The notes below the pieces were generated by a model. The model was not told the DNA's origin and did not search any database. It was given only the letters and a program-made list of their open reading frames with translations. Shown here in pieces: positions 28,795 through 36,935 of a stretch of DNA of 45,521 bases. Made by a program: the position numbers and the translations under genes. This stretch comes from an uncultured Candidatus Cloacimonadota bacterium (GTDB taxonomy: Bacteria > Cloacimonadota > Cloacimonadia > JGIOTU-2): NCBI GenBank assembly GCA_964447485.1, contig CAYUTH010000002.1, positions 1 to 45,521 on the forward strand, written 5' to 3'. Numbering within the stretch: position 1 is the first letter of the stretch; every line of letters starts with the position of its first letter.

Positions 28795-29276
28795 CAGCGT
28801 TTATATCCTATCATTCTAAGAAATTCTTTTCGTTTTTCAATGTCTTTATCGGATTCCACTCCCTTTGGAGAGAAGCCGTCAATAACGCCGAGAATACCTC
28901 TGCCTTGTTCGGATTCGGCTACGATAACCTCAACCGGATTTGCAGATGCGCAGAAAATATTCACAACCTCAAAGCACTGCTTCAGGCTGTTCAGTACATT
29001 TATAGGAAAGGCATCCTGCATCACAATGAAGAAGCTATGCCCCGAAGCAATATTCTCCAGGTTTTCAACAGCAATATCAATAAGGGCTTTGTCAGTGCCG
29101 TCTTTTCTGATAAGGCACGGACCTGATGCTTCTGAGAATGCCAGCCCGAACTTGATGCCCGGCACGGAATTCACCATGATCTCATAAATGTCCTCAACGG
29201 TCTTAATAAAATGGGACTGTCCCAGAATAATATTGCACCCCTCTGGAAACGTCAATTTCACCGTTTTTAATTCCAT
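28794..29276 (-). CDS. Adenosine-specific kinase family protein (PF04008-like)
   Basis: 160 aa. LGQSHFIKTVEDIYEIMVNSVPGIKFGLAFSEASGPCLIR matches my memory of the conserved core of this small family. The TGATG overlap with the thpR start indicates one operon. Confidence 0.55.
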   Translation of the reverse strand: MELKTVKLTFPEGCNIILGQSHFIKTVEDIYEIMVNSVPGIKFGLAFSEASGPCLIRKDGTDKALIDIAVENLENIASGHSFFIVMQDAFPINVLNSLKQCFEVVNIFCASANPVEVIVAESEQGRGILGVIDGFSPKGVESDKDIEKRKEFLRMIGYKR

Positions 29277-29397
29277 TATGGCTCCCTGTTTATTCCTTGT
29301 AATGGCATGGTTAGAATAAAGATTTTTTTTTCCATATGTTTGTCAAATTTTGTATGCATTTTCTTGACATTCATGTTCATTCTATCAGAAAAAAATT

Positions 29398-29742
29398 ATG
29401 AGAATCGATAGTTACCAGTTCGGAAAGATGGTCATAGACGGAATTCCGTACACACATGATGTGATCATACACAATAATTATGTGCAGTCAGATTGGTGGA
29501 GAAAGCGTTCGCATCATTTGATACTTGCAGATATTCCCAGCCTGCTATTTGAAAAACCGGATGTGCTCGTTGTCGGCACAGGCAAATTCGGCTTGATGAA
29601 AATTGATAAAGAAGTGATCAGGTATTGTGATAAACATGGCATCGAGCTTATTTGGAAAGATACATCCAGTGCCGTAGATGCTTATAATGATTTGCAGGAT
29701 TCCGGAAAACACTTCATCGCCGCATTCCATTTGACGTGCTGA
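29398..29742 (+). CDS. Mth938-like domain protein (DUF498 family)
   Basis: 114 aa. Matching blocks are IDSYQFGKMVIDGIPYTHDVII, PDVLVVGTGKFGLMKI and GIELIWKDTSSAVDAYNDL. Confidence 0.65.
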   Translation: MRIDSYQFGKMVIDGIPYTHDVIIHNNYVQSDWWRKRSHHLILADIPSLLFEKPDVLVVGTGKFGLMKIDKEVIRYCDKHGIELIWKDTSSAVDAYNDLQDSGKHFIAAFHLTC

Positions 29743-29743
29743 G
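29716..29743 (+). repeat. Direct repeat copy 1 (att-like), the last 8 codons plus stop of the Mth938-like gene
   Basis: ATCGCCGCATTCCATTTGACGTGCTGAG is identical at 27/28 positions to 31618-31645. Confidence 0.9.
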
Positions 29744-29855
29744 TACATATAGCACAAACAACAGATATTTGTTGACACATATAGGGAAAAAAATCTTTTT
29801 AAAATCATTAATGGATTGATCTTGGTACAGACGTTTTAAATTAAATTAATAAACA

Positions 29856-29867
29856 TAAAACGTTTTA
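29856..29867. promoter_or_regulatory. Perfect 12-bp palindrome TAAAACGTTTTA upstream of the cassette (candidate operator)
   Basis: It is self-complementary. The half-site ACGTTTTA also occurs at 29831-29838. It lies 33 nt upstream of the ATG at 29900. Confidence 0.3.
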
Positions 29868-29899
29868 ACTGATCCGTTAATATATCTAGTGTGATTAGA

Positions 29900-30787
29900 A
29901 TGAAATTAATTTATAGAAAACGAGTTTTATTGGCAATAATTCAATCCTTCGGAGGTGAACTAGGAGTAACACATTTTCAAAAATTATTATTCTTATTTAA
30001 TCAAAGACAGAAAAAAAAAACTTACAATTTTGTACCAAATAGATCCGGATGTTTTTCATTTCAGGCAGTTGCTGATAAATCACGATTGATGAAAGACGGA
30101 TTTCTTGAAAATGTTAAACAATGGAAAACTATTTCGTGTGAAACGAATTTCTCATCATCTTTAACTGATTTTGACAGGAAAGAGCTCGGTAAATTAAGAA
30201 TCAAATACGAAAATCTTACAACAAAAGAATTAATACGAGAAATTTATTTAACTTATCCTTATTATGCAATTAACAGCGAGATTGCCGAAAAACACCTTAA
30301 TGAAGAAGAGAGAGAAGCAATATATAGACTGAAACCAAACGATTTCAAAACAATGCTTTTTACAATTGGTTACGAGGGAAAATCATTAGAAAATTATTTG
30401 AATCATTTAATACAAAACAACATAAAAGTGCTATGCGATGTAAGAAAGAATCCAATCAGTATGAAATATGGATTTGCAAAAAAAACATTACAAAATGCTT
30501 GTGAGGTGTTGAATATAAAATATATACATTTCCCCGAATTAGGTATTGAATCAAGAAAAAGAATAAACCTAAAAACACAAGCAGATTACGATTCATTATT
30601 TTTTGATTATGAAAAGACGGTATTGAGCAAACAGACTGAACAAATTAATACAATAGTGGATTTGCTCGATAATTACAATCGTGTTGCACTGACATGTTTC
30701 GAATACTCTCCCCAACAATGCCATCGTACAAGAGTTGCAAATGCCGTAATTAACTCATCTCCTGAATGCTCATTAGAACACTTATAA
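29900..30787 (+). CDS. Two-domain protein: unassigned N-terminal domain (about 150 aa) fused to a C-terminal DUF488 domain
   Basis: The C-terminal half has TIGYEGKSLENYLNHLIQNNIKVLCDVRKNPISMKYGFAKKTLQNACEVLNIKYIHFPELGI ... VALTCFEYSPQQCHRTRVANAV, the hallmark DUF488 blocks (TIGHS, VDVR, F.K..L, LG, C.E....CHR). An alternative GTG start lies at 29891. Confidence 0.7.
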   Translation: MKLIYRKRVLLAIIQSFGGELGVTHFQKLLFLFNQRQKKKTYNFVPNRSGCFSFQAVADKSRLMKDGFLENVKQWKTISCETNFSSSLTDFDRKELGKLRIKYENLTTKELIREIYLTYPYYAINSEIAEKHLNEEEREAIYRLKPNDFKTMLFTIGYEGKSLENYLNHLIQNNIKVLCDVRKNPISMKYGFAKKTLQNACEVLNIKYIHFPELGIESRKRINLKTQADYDSLFFDYEKTVLSKQTEQINTIVDLLDNYNRVALTCFEYSPQQCHRTRVANAVINSSPECSLEHL

Positions 30788-31602
30788 TGACCAAGAAAAA
30801 AATACTTGTTACAGTCAAAACCTATCCAACAATTTCAAAAAAATATGACGAATTAGTATGCACTGCAGGTTTTGATGAAGATGGTAATTGGATTAGAATT
30901 TACCCTATCCCATTTAGGAAACTTGATTATGTTCATCAATATAAAAAATATCAATGGATTGAAATGGATTTAATAAGGAACAAGAGTGATTTTCGCCCTG
31001 AAAGTTATAGTCCGAGAAACATAGATGCTGCTGATGTGATTACTTTTCATGATAAGTTGGGAACAGAAGAAAACTGGGCTGAGAGAAAAAAAATTATCCT
31101 CAGAAATATATACGATGACATGTCCGCATTAATTGCCGAAGCAAAAACTAAGGGACTATATACCTCCTTAGGAGTTTTTAAACCTGCTGAAATTAAAGAT
31201 TTCGTCTGCAAACCTGTTGAAAAGGAGTGGAGTGAAAAACAAAAAGCAACTCTTGAGCAAGAAAGATTATTTGATAAAAAAAGCACTCATGAGATAGTAA
31301 AAAAGCTCCCATACAAGTTTAGCTACACCTTCTGTGATGTAAATGGAACAGAATCCACATTAATGAATGAAGATTGGGAGATTGGCGCTTTATTCTGGAA
31401 TTGTCTTGAGAAAAACCGCGGTGATGAACATGCCGCTTGCGAGGATGTAAGAAAAAAATATTGGGATGACTTTGCAAAAACTAAGGATTTGTATTTTTTT
31501 CTTGGTACAACTAAACTAAATCATCTTAGAGCTCCAAATCCATTTATTATTATTGGAACATTTCATCCAAAAAAAGACCTGCAATCCAAATTGGAGATTT
31601 AG
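30787..31602 (+). CDS. Hypothetical protein (271 aa), no family recognised; translationally coupled to the DUF488 gene
   Basis: The ATG at 30787 shares a base with the upstream TAA (TAATG). The protein starts MTKKKILVTVKTYPTISKKYDELVCTAGFDEDGNWIRIYPIPFRKL. There is no TM helix or signal peptide. The upstream extension to 30766 is unlikely to be translated. Confidence 0.6.
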   Translation: MTKKKILVTVKTYPTISKKYDELVCTAGFDEDGNWIRIYPIPFRKLDYVHQYKKYQWIEMDLIRNKSDFRPESYSPRNIDAADVITFHDKLGTEENWAERKKIILRNIYDDMSALIAEAKTKGLYTSLGVFKPAEIKDFVCKPVEKEWSEKQKATLEQERLFDKKSTHEIVKKLPYKFSYTFCDVNGTESTLMNEDWEIGALFWNCLEKNRGDEHAACEDVRKKYWDDFAKTKDLYFFLGTTKLNHLRAPNPFIIIGTFHPKKDLQSKLEI

Positions 31603-31617
31603 ATTTCTCAAAGTAAG

Positions 31618-31645
31618 ATCGCTGCATTCCATTTGACGTGCTGAG
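31618..31645 (+). repeat. Direct repeat copy 2 (orphan copy of the Mth938-like gene 3' end)
   Basis: ATCGCTGCATTCCATTTGACGTGCTGAG still reads IAAFHLTC-stop. Weaker similarity to the sequence after copy 1 continues for about 45 nt (ACAAAC...AGATATTT..TTGACA). Confidence 0.9.
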
Positions 31646-31768
31646 CTTGTATATTACAAACCCATCTAAATAGATATTTTTATTGACATCGGATGCAACA
31701 TTTGCTATTTGTAAGTTACTGAAATTGTAAACACTTATAACTCTATAAAGATAAGGCGGAAAAGATAA

Positions 31769-32893
31769 ATGAAAAAAGTATTGATTATTTCTTATTTGAT
31801 TCTTATGCTATTTATTTTAACGAGTTGTGATTTACTCCATCTATTTAGTAATCACTATACCTGCGAACTTTTTAAAGATGCAATCTACTTTATCGATACA
31901 GACGGAAGTAACCTTAGAAAGTTAGTCAGCCTCGATCATATAGAAAGTAATTGTGAAGATGATACAATAGATTTGCTTCCAGGTGCCAGACTACTATTAT
32001 TCACGCCTGATGGCAACAAAATAATTTATTGTACGAATCCTTATGAATCCAATAATAATAGTCTTTATTCTGTAAATTGTGATGGTAGCGATAATACACT
32101 TCTTACAGAAGATTTAAACGTTCTTTACAATTATGGTGGAATATCAATTTCTTGCATAGAATCAAAAATTATATTTATCGGTAATGTTAAGTATTTGAAC
32201 GATAAAAGTGAAAAATTCTCAGATATTTTTATGGTAAATTTGAATGGATCAAATCTGAATAATATAACAAATACTTATGGGATTAATGAAAAAAATCCTC
32301 GCTTCTTACCTAATGGTGAAGACATCATTTATTCTTCAATTAATCATTTGAATGACTTAAAATCGTATTCAATTAATAAATTACATCTTAACAGTGGTTC
32401 TATTGATACACTCGTATTTAATAATGAATATGCCTATAAACATCTTTTATTATCTCAAGAAGGGACCCAAATATATTATGTTGTATATAAAGACAATTCT
32501 TATTCCTTCTTCGCTATGAATTCAACTGGAATACATCAGGTGCAACTATATGAAAATATTCCTTCTATTAACAATACTCCATCCATATCTTCAGATGGTT
32601 TAAAAATTGTATATGTTAGCAATCATAATTTGTGTATTATGAATACAAATGGCTCAGGCATTAATCAAATAGAAACATCATTATACTATCCTTGTTACCC
32701 CACGTTCTCACAAGGAGGAACTAAAATATTATACTCAGGTTCTGCTATTAATGATAGTATTTACATAATAAATATTAACGGATCAAATGAGATGACAATA
32801 CATGAGGGATTTATGCCAGCCCTTTCACCGGATGAGAATAAAATAGCTTTCTCGGGATACTATTTTTATAAGACATATGACTATTGGGAGTAG
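31769..32893 (+). CDS. Lipoprotein with TolB-like/PD40 beta-propeller repeats
   Basis: It has a signal peptide with a lipobox (LFILTSC). Recurrent D/NGS..xxL repeats are present (DGSNLRKL, DGNKIIY, DGSDNTLL, NGSNLNNIT, NGEDIIY, DGLKIVY, NGSGINQI, NGSNEMTI, DENKIAF). Confidence 0.7.
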   Translation: MKKVLIISYLILMLFILTSCDLLHLFSNHYTCELFKDAIYFIDTDGSNLRKLVSLDHIESNCEDDTIDLLPGARLLLFTPDGNKIIYCTNPYESNNNSLYSVNCDGSDNTLLTEDLNVLYNYGGISISCIESKIIFIGNVKYLNDKSEKFSDIFMVNLNGSNLNNITNTYGINEKNPRFLPNGEDIIYSSINHLNDLKSYSINKLHLNSGSIDTLVFNNEYAYKHLLLSQEGTQIYYVVYKDNSYSFFAMNSTGIHQVQLYENIPSINNTPSISSDGLKIVYVSNHNLCIMNTNGSGINQIETSLYYPCYPTFSQGGTKILYSGSAINDSIYIININGSNEMTIHEGFMPALSPDENKIAFSGYYFYKTYDYWE

Positions 32894-33060
32894 AATATAC
32901 ATTATAACTATTAACCTCTACCCGTTTTAATTTTCGGTAATAATTTTTTCGATCAGTTTACTTGAGCGAATCTATCTCATTTTTTTACTCAATTTTCCGA
33001 ATAAAATAAATCCCAAAAATAATTATTGACAACCACATATTTAATTCTCAAATAAGAGTT

Positions 33061-34494
33061 ATGAATAGGATGAAAGTCGGAGTAAGAACCTCACAGCTCA
33101 TGCAGCAGAAGCTCAAGCTCTCGCCGCAGATGCTTATCACTGCTGAGCTTCTCCAGAAGCCAATCCAGGAACTGGAAATGGTGCTTAAAAAGGAACTCCG
33201 CATTAATCCTTTCCTACAGGATCTCAGTTCGGATGAAGAGCAATACGATACACCTGAAGTTGCGGATGAGATGGAGGAATATCAATATAATGATGATGAT
33301 GGAGACCTTGCAGACCAGATACTGCAACTGAACAAGATCATCAATGATATTGGCGAAGTGACCAATGACCAGTTCGGGTATGAACGACAGGACAGATCCA
33401 GACCTTCTCCTGATAATGAAGAATACGAAACATCAAAAGAAAATATCTGGGACAACTTCATCCTGCAGGTGAAAGAATTACCGCTTAACCCGGCAGAGCA
33501 AGAATTTGCAGATTCCATTCTCAATAACCTTGATGCAAACGGTTACCTCGACACGCCTTTTGTAGAATTGTATGAATCCTATGGGCTTGCTGAAGCACGA
33601 GCGGAGCAAATCCATCGTATGATAATGAGTATCTATCCGCGTGGAATGGGAGCACGAAATCTTTCAGAATGCCTGCTTGCACAGCTCGATGAAGAAACCG
33701 CGAACCACCCGGTCATTACCTCTATTATTGAAAACGATCTTGATATCTTACAGAATCACCGACTGGATATGCTGACAAAGAAATACAATATTGCTCTCGA
33801 AGAGCTGGTTGCCATCAAAAATATTATCCACCACCTTGACCCAAAACCCGGGAGCCGGATAACGAACGGGACTTTATCATACATTAAACCGGATATCATC
33901 GTAAAAGAGATCGACGGCGATCTTGAGATCATTGTAAACGACACATACATTCCGGAGATAACGGTCAATAAAGAGTACGCACAGCGGATACTTGCGCAGA
34001 GTGCAGATAAGAAAAGCGCAGTGAAATATGTAAGATCAAAACTCCTTGCTGCTGAAAACTTCGTGAAGGCATTATGGATGAGACGGGAGACACTTCTCAG
34101 GATAACTGATGAACTTATTCATCAGCAGTCAGCCTTCTTCCGGGAAGGAAAAAAGGAGCTCCAGCCAATGACCTATGAGGATGTGGCAAAAAAGATCAAG
34201 CGGGATGTTTCAACCATCTGTAGAGTTGTGAATAATTATTATATTGAAACACCGCTCGGAGTTTATCTTATGAAGTGGTTCTTCACCAGCAAAGTGGGCG
34301 ACCTCTCATCCCAGCTTATCAAAAAAGAAATTCAGAAAATCGTTGATGCGGAGAACAAGAAAAAGCCGCTTAGCGATCAGAAAATTGTGAATATTTTAAA
34401 CGACCAGGATATCGACGTATCACTTCGGGCAGTGACAAAATACAGAAATCAAATCGGCATTGCTGCCAGCAGACTGCGGAAAGAACATCTTTAA
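33061..34494 (+). CDS. rpoN: RNA polymerase sigma-54 factor
   Basis: Region I is QQKLKLSPQMLITAELLQKPIQELE, followed by an acidic region II, an HTH (YEDVAKKIKRDVSTICRVV) and an RpoN box (SLRAVTKYRNQIGI). The start may be the Met at 33070. Confidence 0.9.
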   Translation: MNRMKVGVRTSQLMQQKLKLSPQMLITAELLQKPIQELEMVLKKELRINPFLQDLSSDEEQYDTPEVADEMEEYQYNDDDGDLADQILQLNKIINDIGEVTNDQFGYERQDRSRPSPDNEEYETSKENIWDNFILQVKELPLNPAEQEFADSILNNLDANGYLDTPFVELYESYGLAEARAEQIHRMIMSIYPRGMGARNLSECLLAQLDEETANHPVITSIIENDLDILQNHRLDMLTKKYNIALEELVAIKNIIHHLDPKPGSRITNGTLSYIKPDIIVKEIDGDLEIIVNDTYIPEITVNKEYAQRILAQSADKKSAVKYVRSKLLAAENFVKALWMRRETLLRITDELIHQQSAFFREGKKELQPMTYEDVAKKIKRDVSTICRVVNNYYIETPLGVYLMKWFFTSKVGDLSSQLIKKEIQKIVDAENKKKPLSDQKIVNILNDQDIDVSLRAVTKYRNQIGIAASRLRKEHL

Positions 34495-34533
34495 ATTGAC
34501 GCGCAGTGCTCTCCAATATTTCTAAACCAGCAC

Positions 34534-35310
34534 ATGAAATCCTTTGAAATCTTAGCTTCGGGAGTATTCCCGGAAAACAAGCTGAAGATCGTACACACCA
34601 AGAGTACTCTTTCCTACGACGAAAAGACATCAGCGCTCATAGAAAGGCATTGGAAGCAAGAACTGAGAGTAGCCAAAGAGAAAAGCAAGCTCCTTTTCAA
34701 CGGTCCCATTTACCGTCTTGAAGATTATGAAATATTGGAAAATAAGCTCTTAGTATATGTGTCCGAAACCAACTTCAAACAGCTGATGGGAACGAATTTT
34801 TATCATCCTGAACTTGCTGAGGAATATGGGAAATCATATTTGTCAAATGCACTTGCGCTGAGCACATTCCTTGAAACTGGAGATGAAAATTTTATCTTTG
34901 TAAAACGGAGCCCAAATGTATATTTTGGGGAAGGGTTGTGGCATCTTATTGCAGGGCAGTTCTCGATTGAAAAGAACAAAACTCAGACTCTTTCTGCTTT
35001 CGAAGTCTTATATAAAGAATTATTGGAAGAAGGGGCTCTTATAAAAGACGATATTGAAAATTGTGTGTGCCTTGGTTTAATACGGAATACAGTTCACTTC
35101 AAACCGGAATTGGTTTTTTATACAAAAACATCATTGTCAGCCAAAAAAGTTACCGAGAAAATCCGCACTGCCCACGATGGTTATGAACATGAAGAAGTAG
35201 CGATCGTCCATAAGAGCGAGCTTGATGTTTTTATGAATAATGAAAAATTTACAAGTTTTGCCCGGGGTAATTACTTTCTCTATCAAAGAGAGTTTGTAAA
35301 ATATGAATAA
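34534..35310 (+). CDS. Nudix-like hydrolase (divergent Nudix box)
   Basis: GLWHLIAGQFSIE...FEVLYKELLEEGAL resembles GX5EX7REUXEEXGU but carries an insertion. The assignment is weak. Confidence 0.4.
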   Translation: MKSFEILASGVFPENKLKIVHTKSTLSYDEKTSALIERHWKQELRVAKEKSKLLFNGPIYRLEDYEILENKLLVYVSETNFKQLMGTNFYHPELAEEYGKSYLSNALALSTFLETGDENFIFVKRSPNVYFGEGLWHLIAGQFSIEKNKTQTLSAFEVLYKELLEEGALIKDDIENCVCLGLIRNTVHFKPELVFYTKTSLSAKKVTEKIRTAHDGYEHEEVAIVHKSELDVFMNNEKFTSFARGNYFLYQREFVKYE

Positions 35311-36643
35311 AGAGCTTTTCAATTCTGGTAAAGAGATCGATTATAAAGATATGCCTCTGGCTGAGCGTGTTCGTCCACAATCTTTAGATGAGTTCGTTGG
35401 TCAGCACAAAATTTTGGAAAAGGACACGATCCTTAGAAATATCATCGAGAATAACGAACTGACCTCGCTTATATTCTGGGGTCCGCCGGGAACTGGCAAA
35501 ACGACCCTGGCTAGGATCATTGCAAACAAGACAAATGCCAGTTTCATCTTCTTCAGTGCAGTACTTTCCAAAATTAATGAAGTGCGCAACGCCATGAAAG
35601 AAGCGGAGTTTAATCTACGGAATTTTCATAAAAAAACCATCCTCTTTATTGATGAAATCCATAGGTTCAATAAGGCACAGCAGGACGCATTTTTGCCCTT
35701 CGTAGAAAAAGGAGTTATCATTCTCATTGGTGCGACTACAGAAAATCCGTCCTTTGAAGTGATTGCTCCCTTGCTCTCCCGCTGTAAAGTTATCGTGCTC
35801 CAGATGCTCGATGAAGAAGATATTTATACGATTATAAAAAGGTGTTTTACACACCCGCATAGTGAAATCCAACAATATGAAAAAATGTTCGATGACAAGA
35901 TACTTCACTTCCTTGCCGATTATTCCTGCGGCGATGCTCGAGTTGCGCTGAACTCGATAGAACTCATTATCAAGGCGTATGGTAAACAAAAAGAAAAACT
36001 ATCTGTCGCATCTATCAAGAAATTGCTGGAAAGAAATAATCTCTTTTATGATAAGGATAGAGAAGAGCATTATAACATTATCTCTGCTTTGCATAAATCG
36101 TTGAGGGGAAGTGATCCACAGGCAGGGCTTTACTGGCTGGCACGCATGCTGGAAGCCGGGGAAAATCCTCTTTACATCGTCAGAAGACTGGTGCGGTTCG
36201 CTTCCGAAGATGTGGGGCTTGCCGATCCGCAAGCGCTGGTTCAGGCAATTGCAGCGAAGGACGCAGTACATTTTCTCGGCATGCCGGAATGCAATCTGGC
36301 ACTCGCTCAACTGGTCGTATATCTGGCGACAGCTCCCAAAAGCAATAAATTGTATACTGCTTATAAGTCCGCTGCAGGAGATGCAACAAAGACAAGCCAT
36401 CTGGGTGTGCCCTTTCATATCCGCAATGCGCCGACAGGGTTGATGAAAGAACTTGGTTACGGAAAAGATTATAAATATTCCCCTGAATTCGAGGATGGGT
36501 ACTCGTACCAGAAATATTTCCCGGATAAGATGAATGAGAAAACGTATTATCTCCCCTCACAATTTGGCTTTGAGAAGGAAATAAAGAAACGATTGGATTG
36601 GTGGAACAAGCTGAGGGATAGACCTAAAGAAGATAATAAATAA
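35303..36643 (+). CDS. rarA: Replication-associated recombination protein A (AAA+ ATPase RarA/MgsA)
   Basis: Motifs present are [79 protein letters not shown] and HIRNAPT. Confidence 0.95.
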   Translation: MNKELFNSGKEIDYKDMPLAERVRPQSLDEFVGQHKILEKDTILRNIIENNELTSLIFWGPPGTGKTTLARIIANKTNASFIFFSAVLSKINEVRNAMKEAEFNLRNFHKKTILFIDEIHRFNKAQQDAFLPFVEKGVIILIGATTENPSFEVIAPLLSRCKVIVLQMLDEEDIYTIIKRCFTHPHSEIQQYEKMFDDKILHFLADYSCGDARVALNSIELIIKAYGKQKEKLSVASIKKLLERNNLFYDKDREEHYNIISALHKSLRGSDPQAGLYWLARMLEAGENPLYIVRRLVRFASEDVGLADPQALVQAIAAKDAVHFLGMPECNLALAQLVVYLATAPKSNKLYTAYKSAAGDATKTSHLGVPFHIRNAPTGLMKELGYGKDYKYSPEFEDGYSYQKYFPDKMNEKTYYLPSQFGFEKEIKKRLDWWNKLRDRPKEDNK

Positions 36644-36711
36644 AAAGGAAAATCTTTTTTCCTGAGTCTTGCAGATTTGAGATTTCAGAAGTTCAACCGT
36701 TGCGAAGGTCA

Positions 36712-36877
36712 TCCGCCAGTGGGCGGACAGGCCGATCGTTCGTAAGGCTTTTTACACACCTCCCGGCTAAAGCCGGACTCCTCTTGATAGAGGAGAATTG
36801 CATTGGATATTGATCTAACGATTGATAAAAAACAAAAAATAATTCCCCTCTTGAGAGGGGTGCCCCGATTTATCGGG
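36712..36877. repeat. Cluster of five short GC-rich hairpins (REP-like) between convergent genes
   Basis: The stems are TCCGCC/GGCGGA (36712-36727), CCGGCT/AGCCGG (36763-36776), CTCCTCT/AGAGGAG (36778-36795), CCCCTC/GAGGGG (36845-36860) and CCCGAT/ATCGGG (36864-36877). The third and fourth share CCTCTTGA..GAGG. Confidence 0.6.
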
Positions 36878-36935
36878 ACGGGGTGTGTTATTTCGAAAAA
36901 TAGATTCCGCTTTCGCGCTTTTACACTTTTTCGCT

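Noticed and set aside
28411-29187. 258-aa plus-strand ORF (and 28289-28621, 28776-29126)
   Set aside because: These ORFs lie fully antisense to the well-supported thpR and PF04008-like genes. Their composition is low-complexity and Cys/Phe/Ser-rich, with no motifs and no RBS, so they are shadow ORFs.
29716-29743. The idea that the 28-nt repeat is a terminator or REP element rather than an att-like duplication
   Set aside because: The 28-mer has no internal dyad symmetry, and copy 1 is coding sequence. Its repetition preserves the reading frame and stop of the gene end. I therefore kept it as a finding, although genome-wide copy number still needs checking.
35401-36560. Several ORFs (35401-35595, 35615-35989, 35999-36418, 36111-36443, 36180-36560) overlapping rarA
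   Set aside because: All are alternative-frame or antisense ORFs within the clearly conserved RarA frame. This region is relatively GC-rich, which tends to leave long spurious ORFs open.
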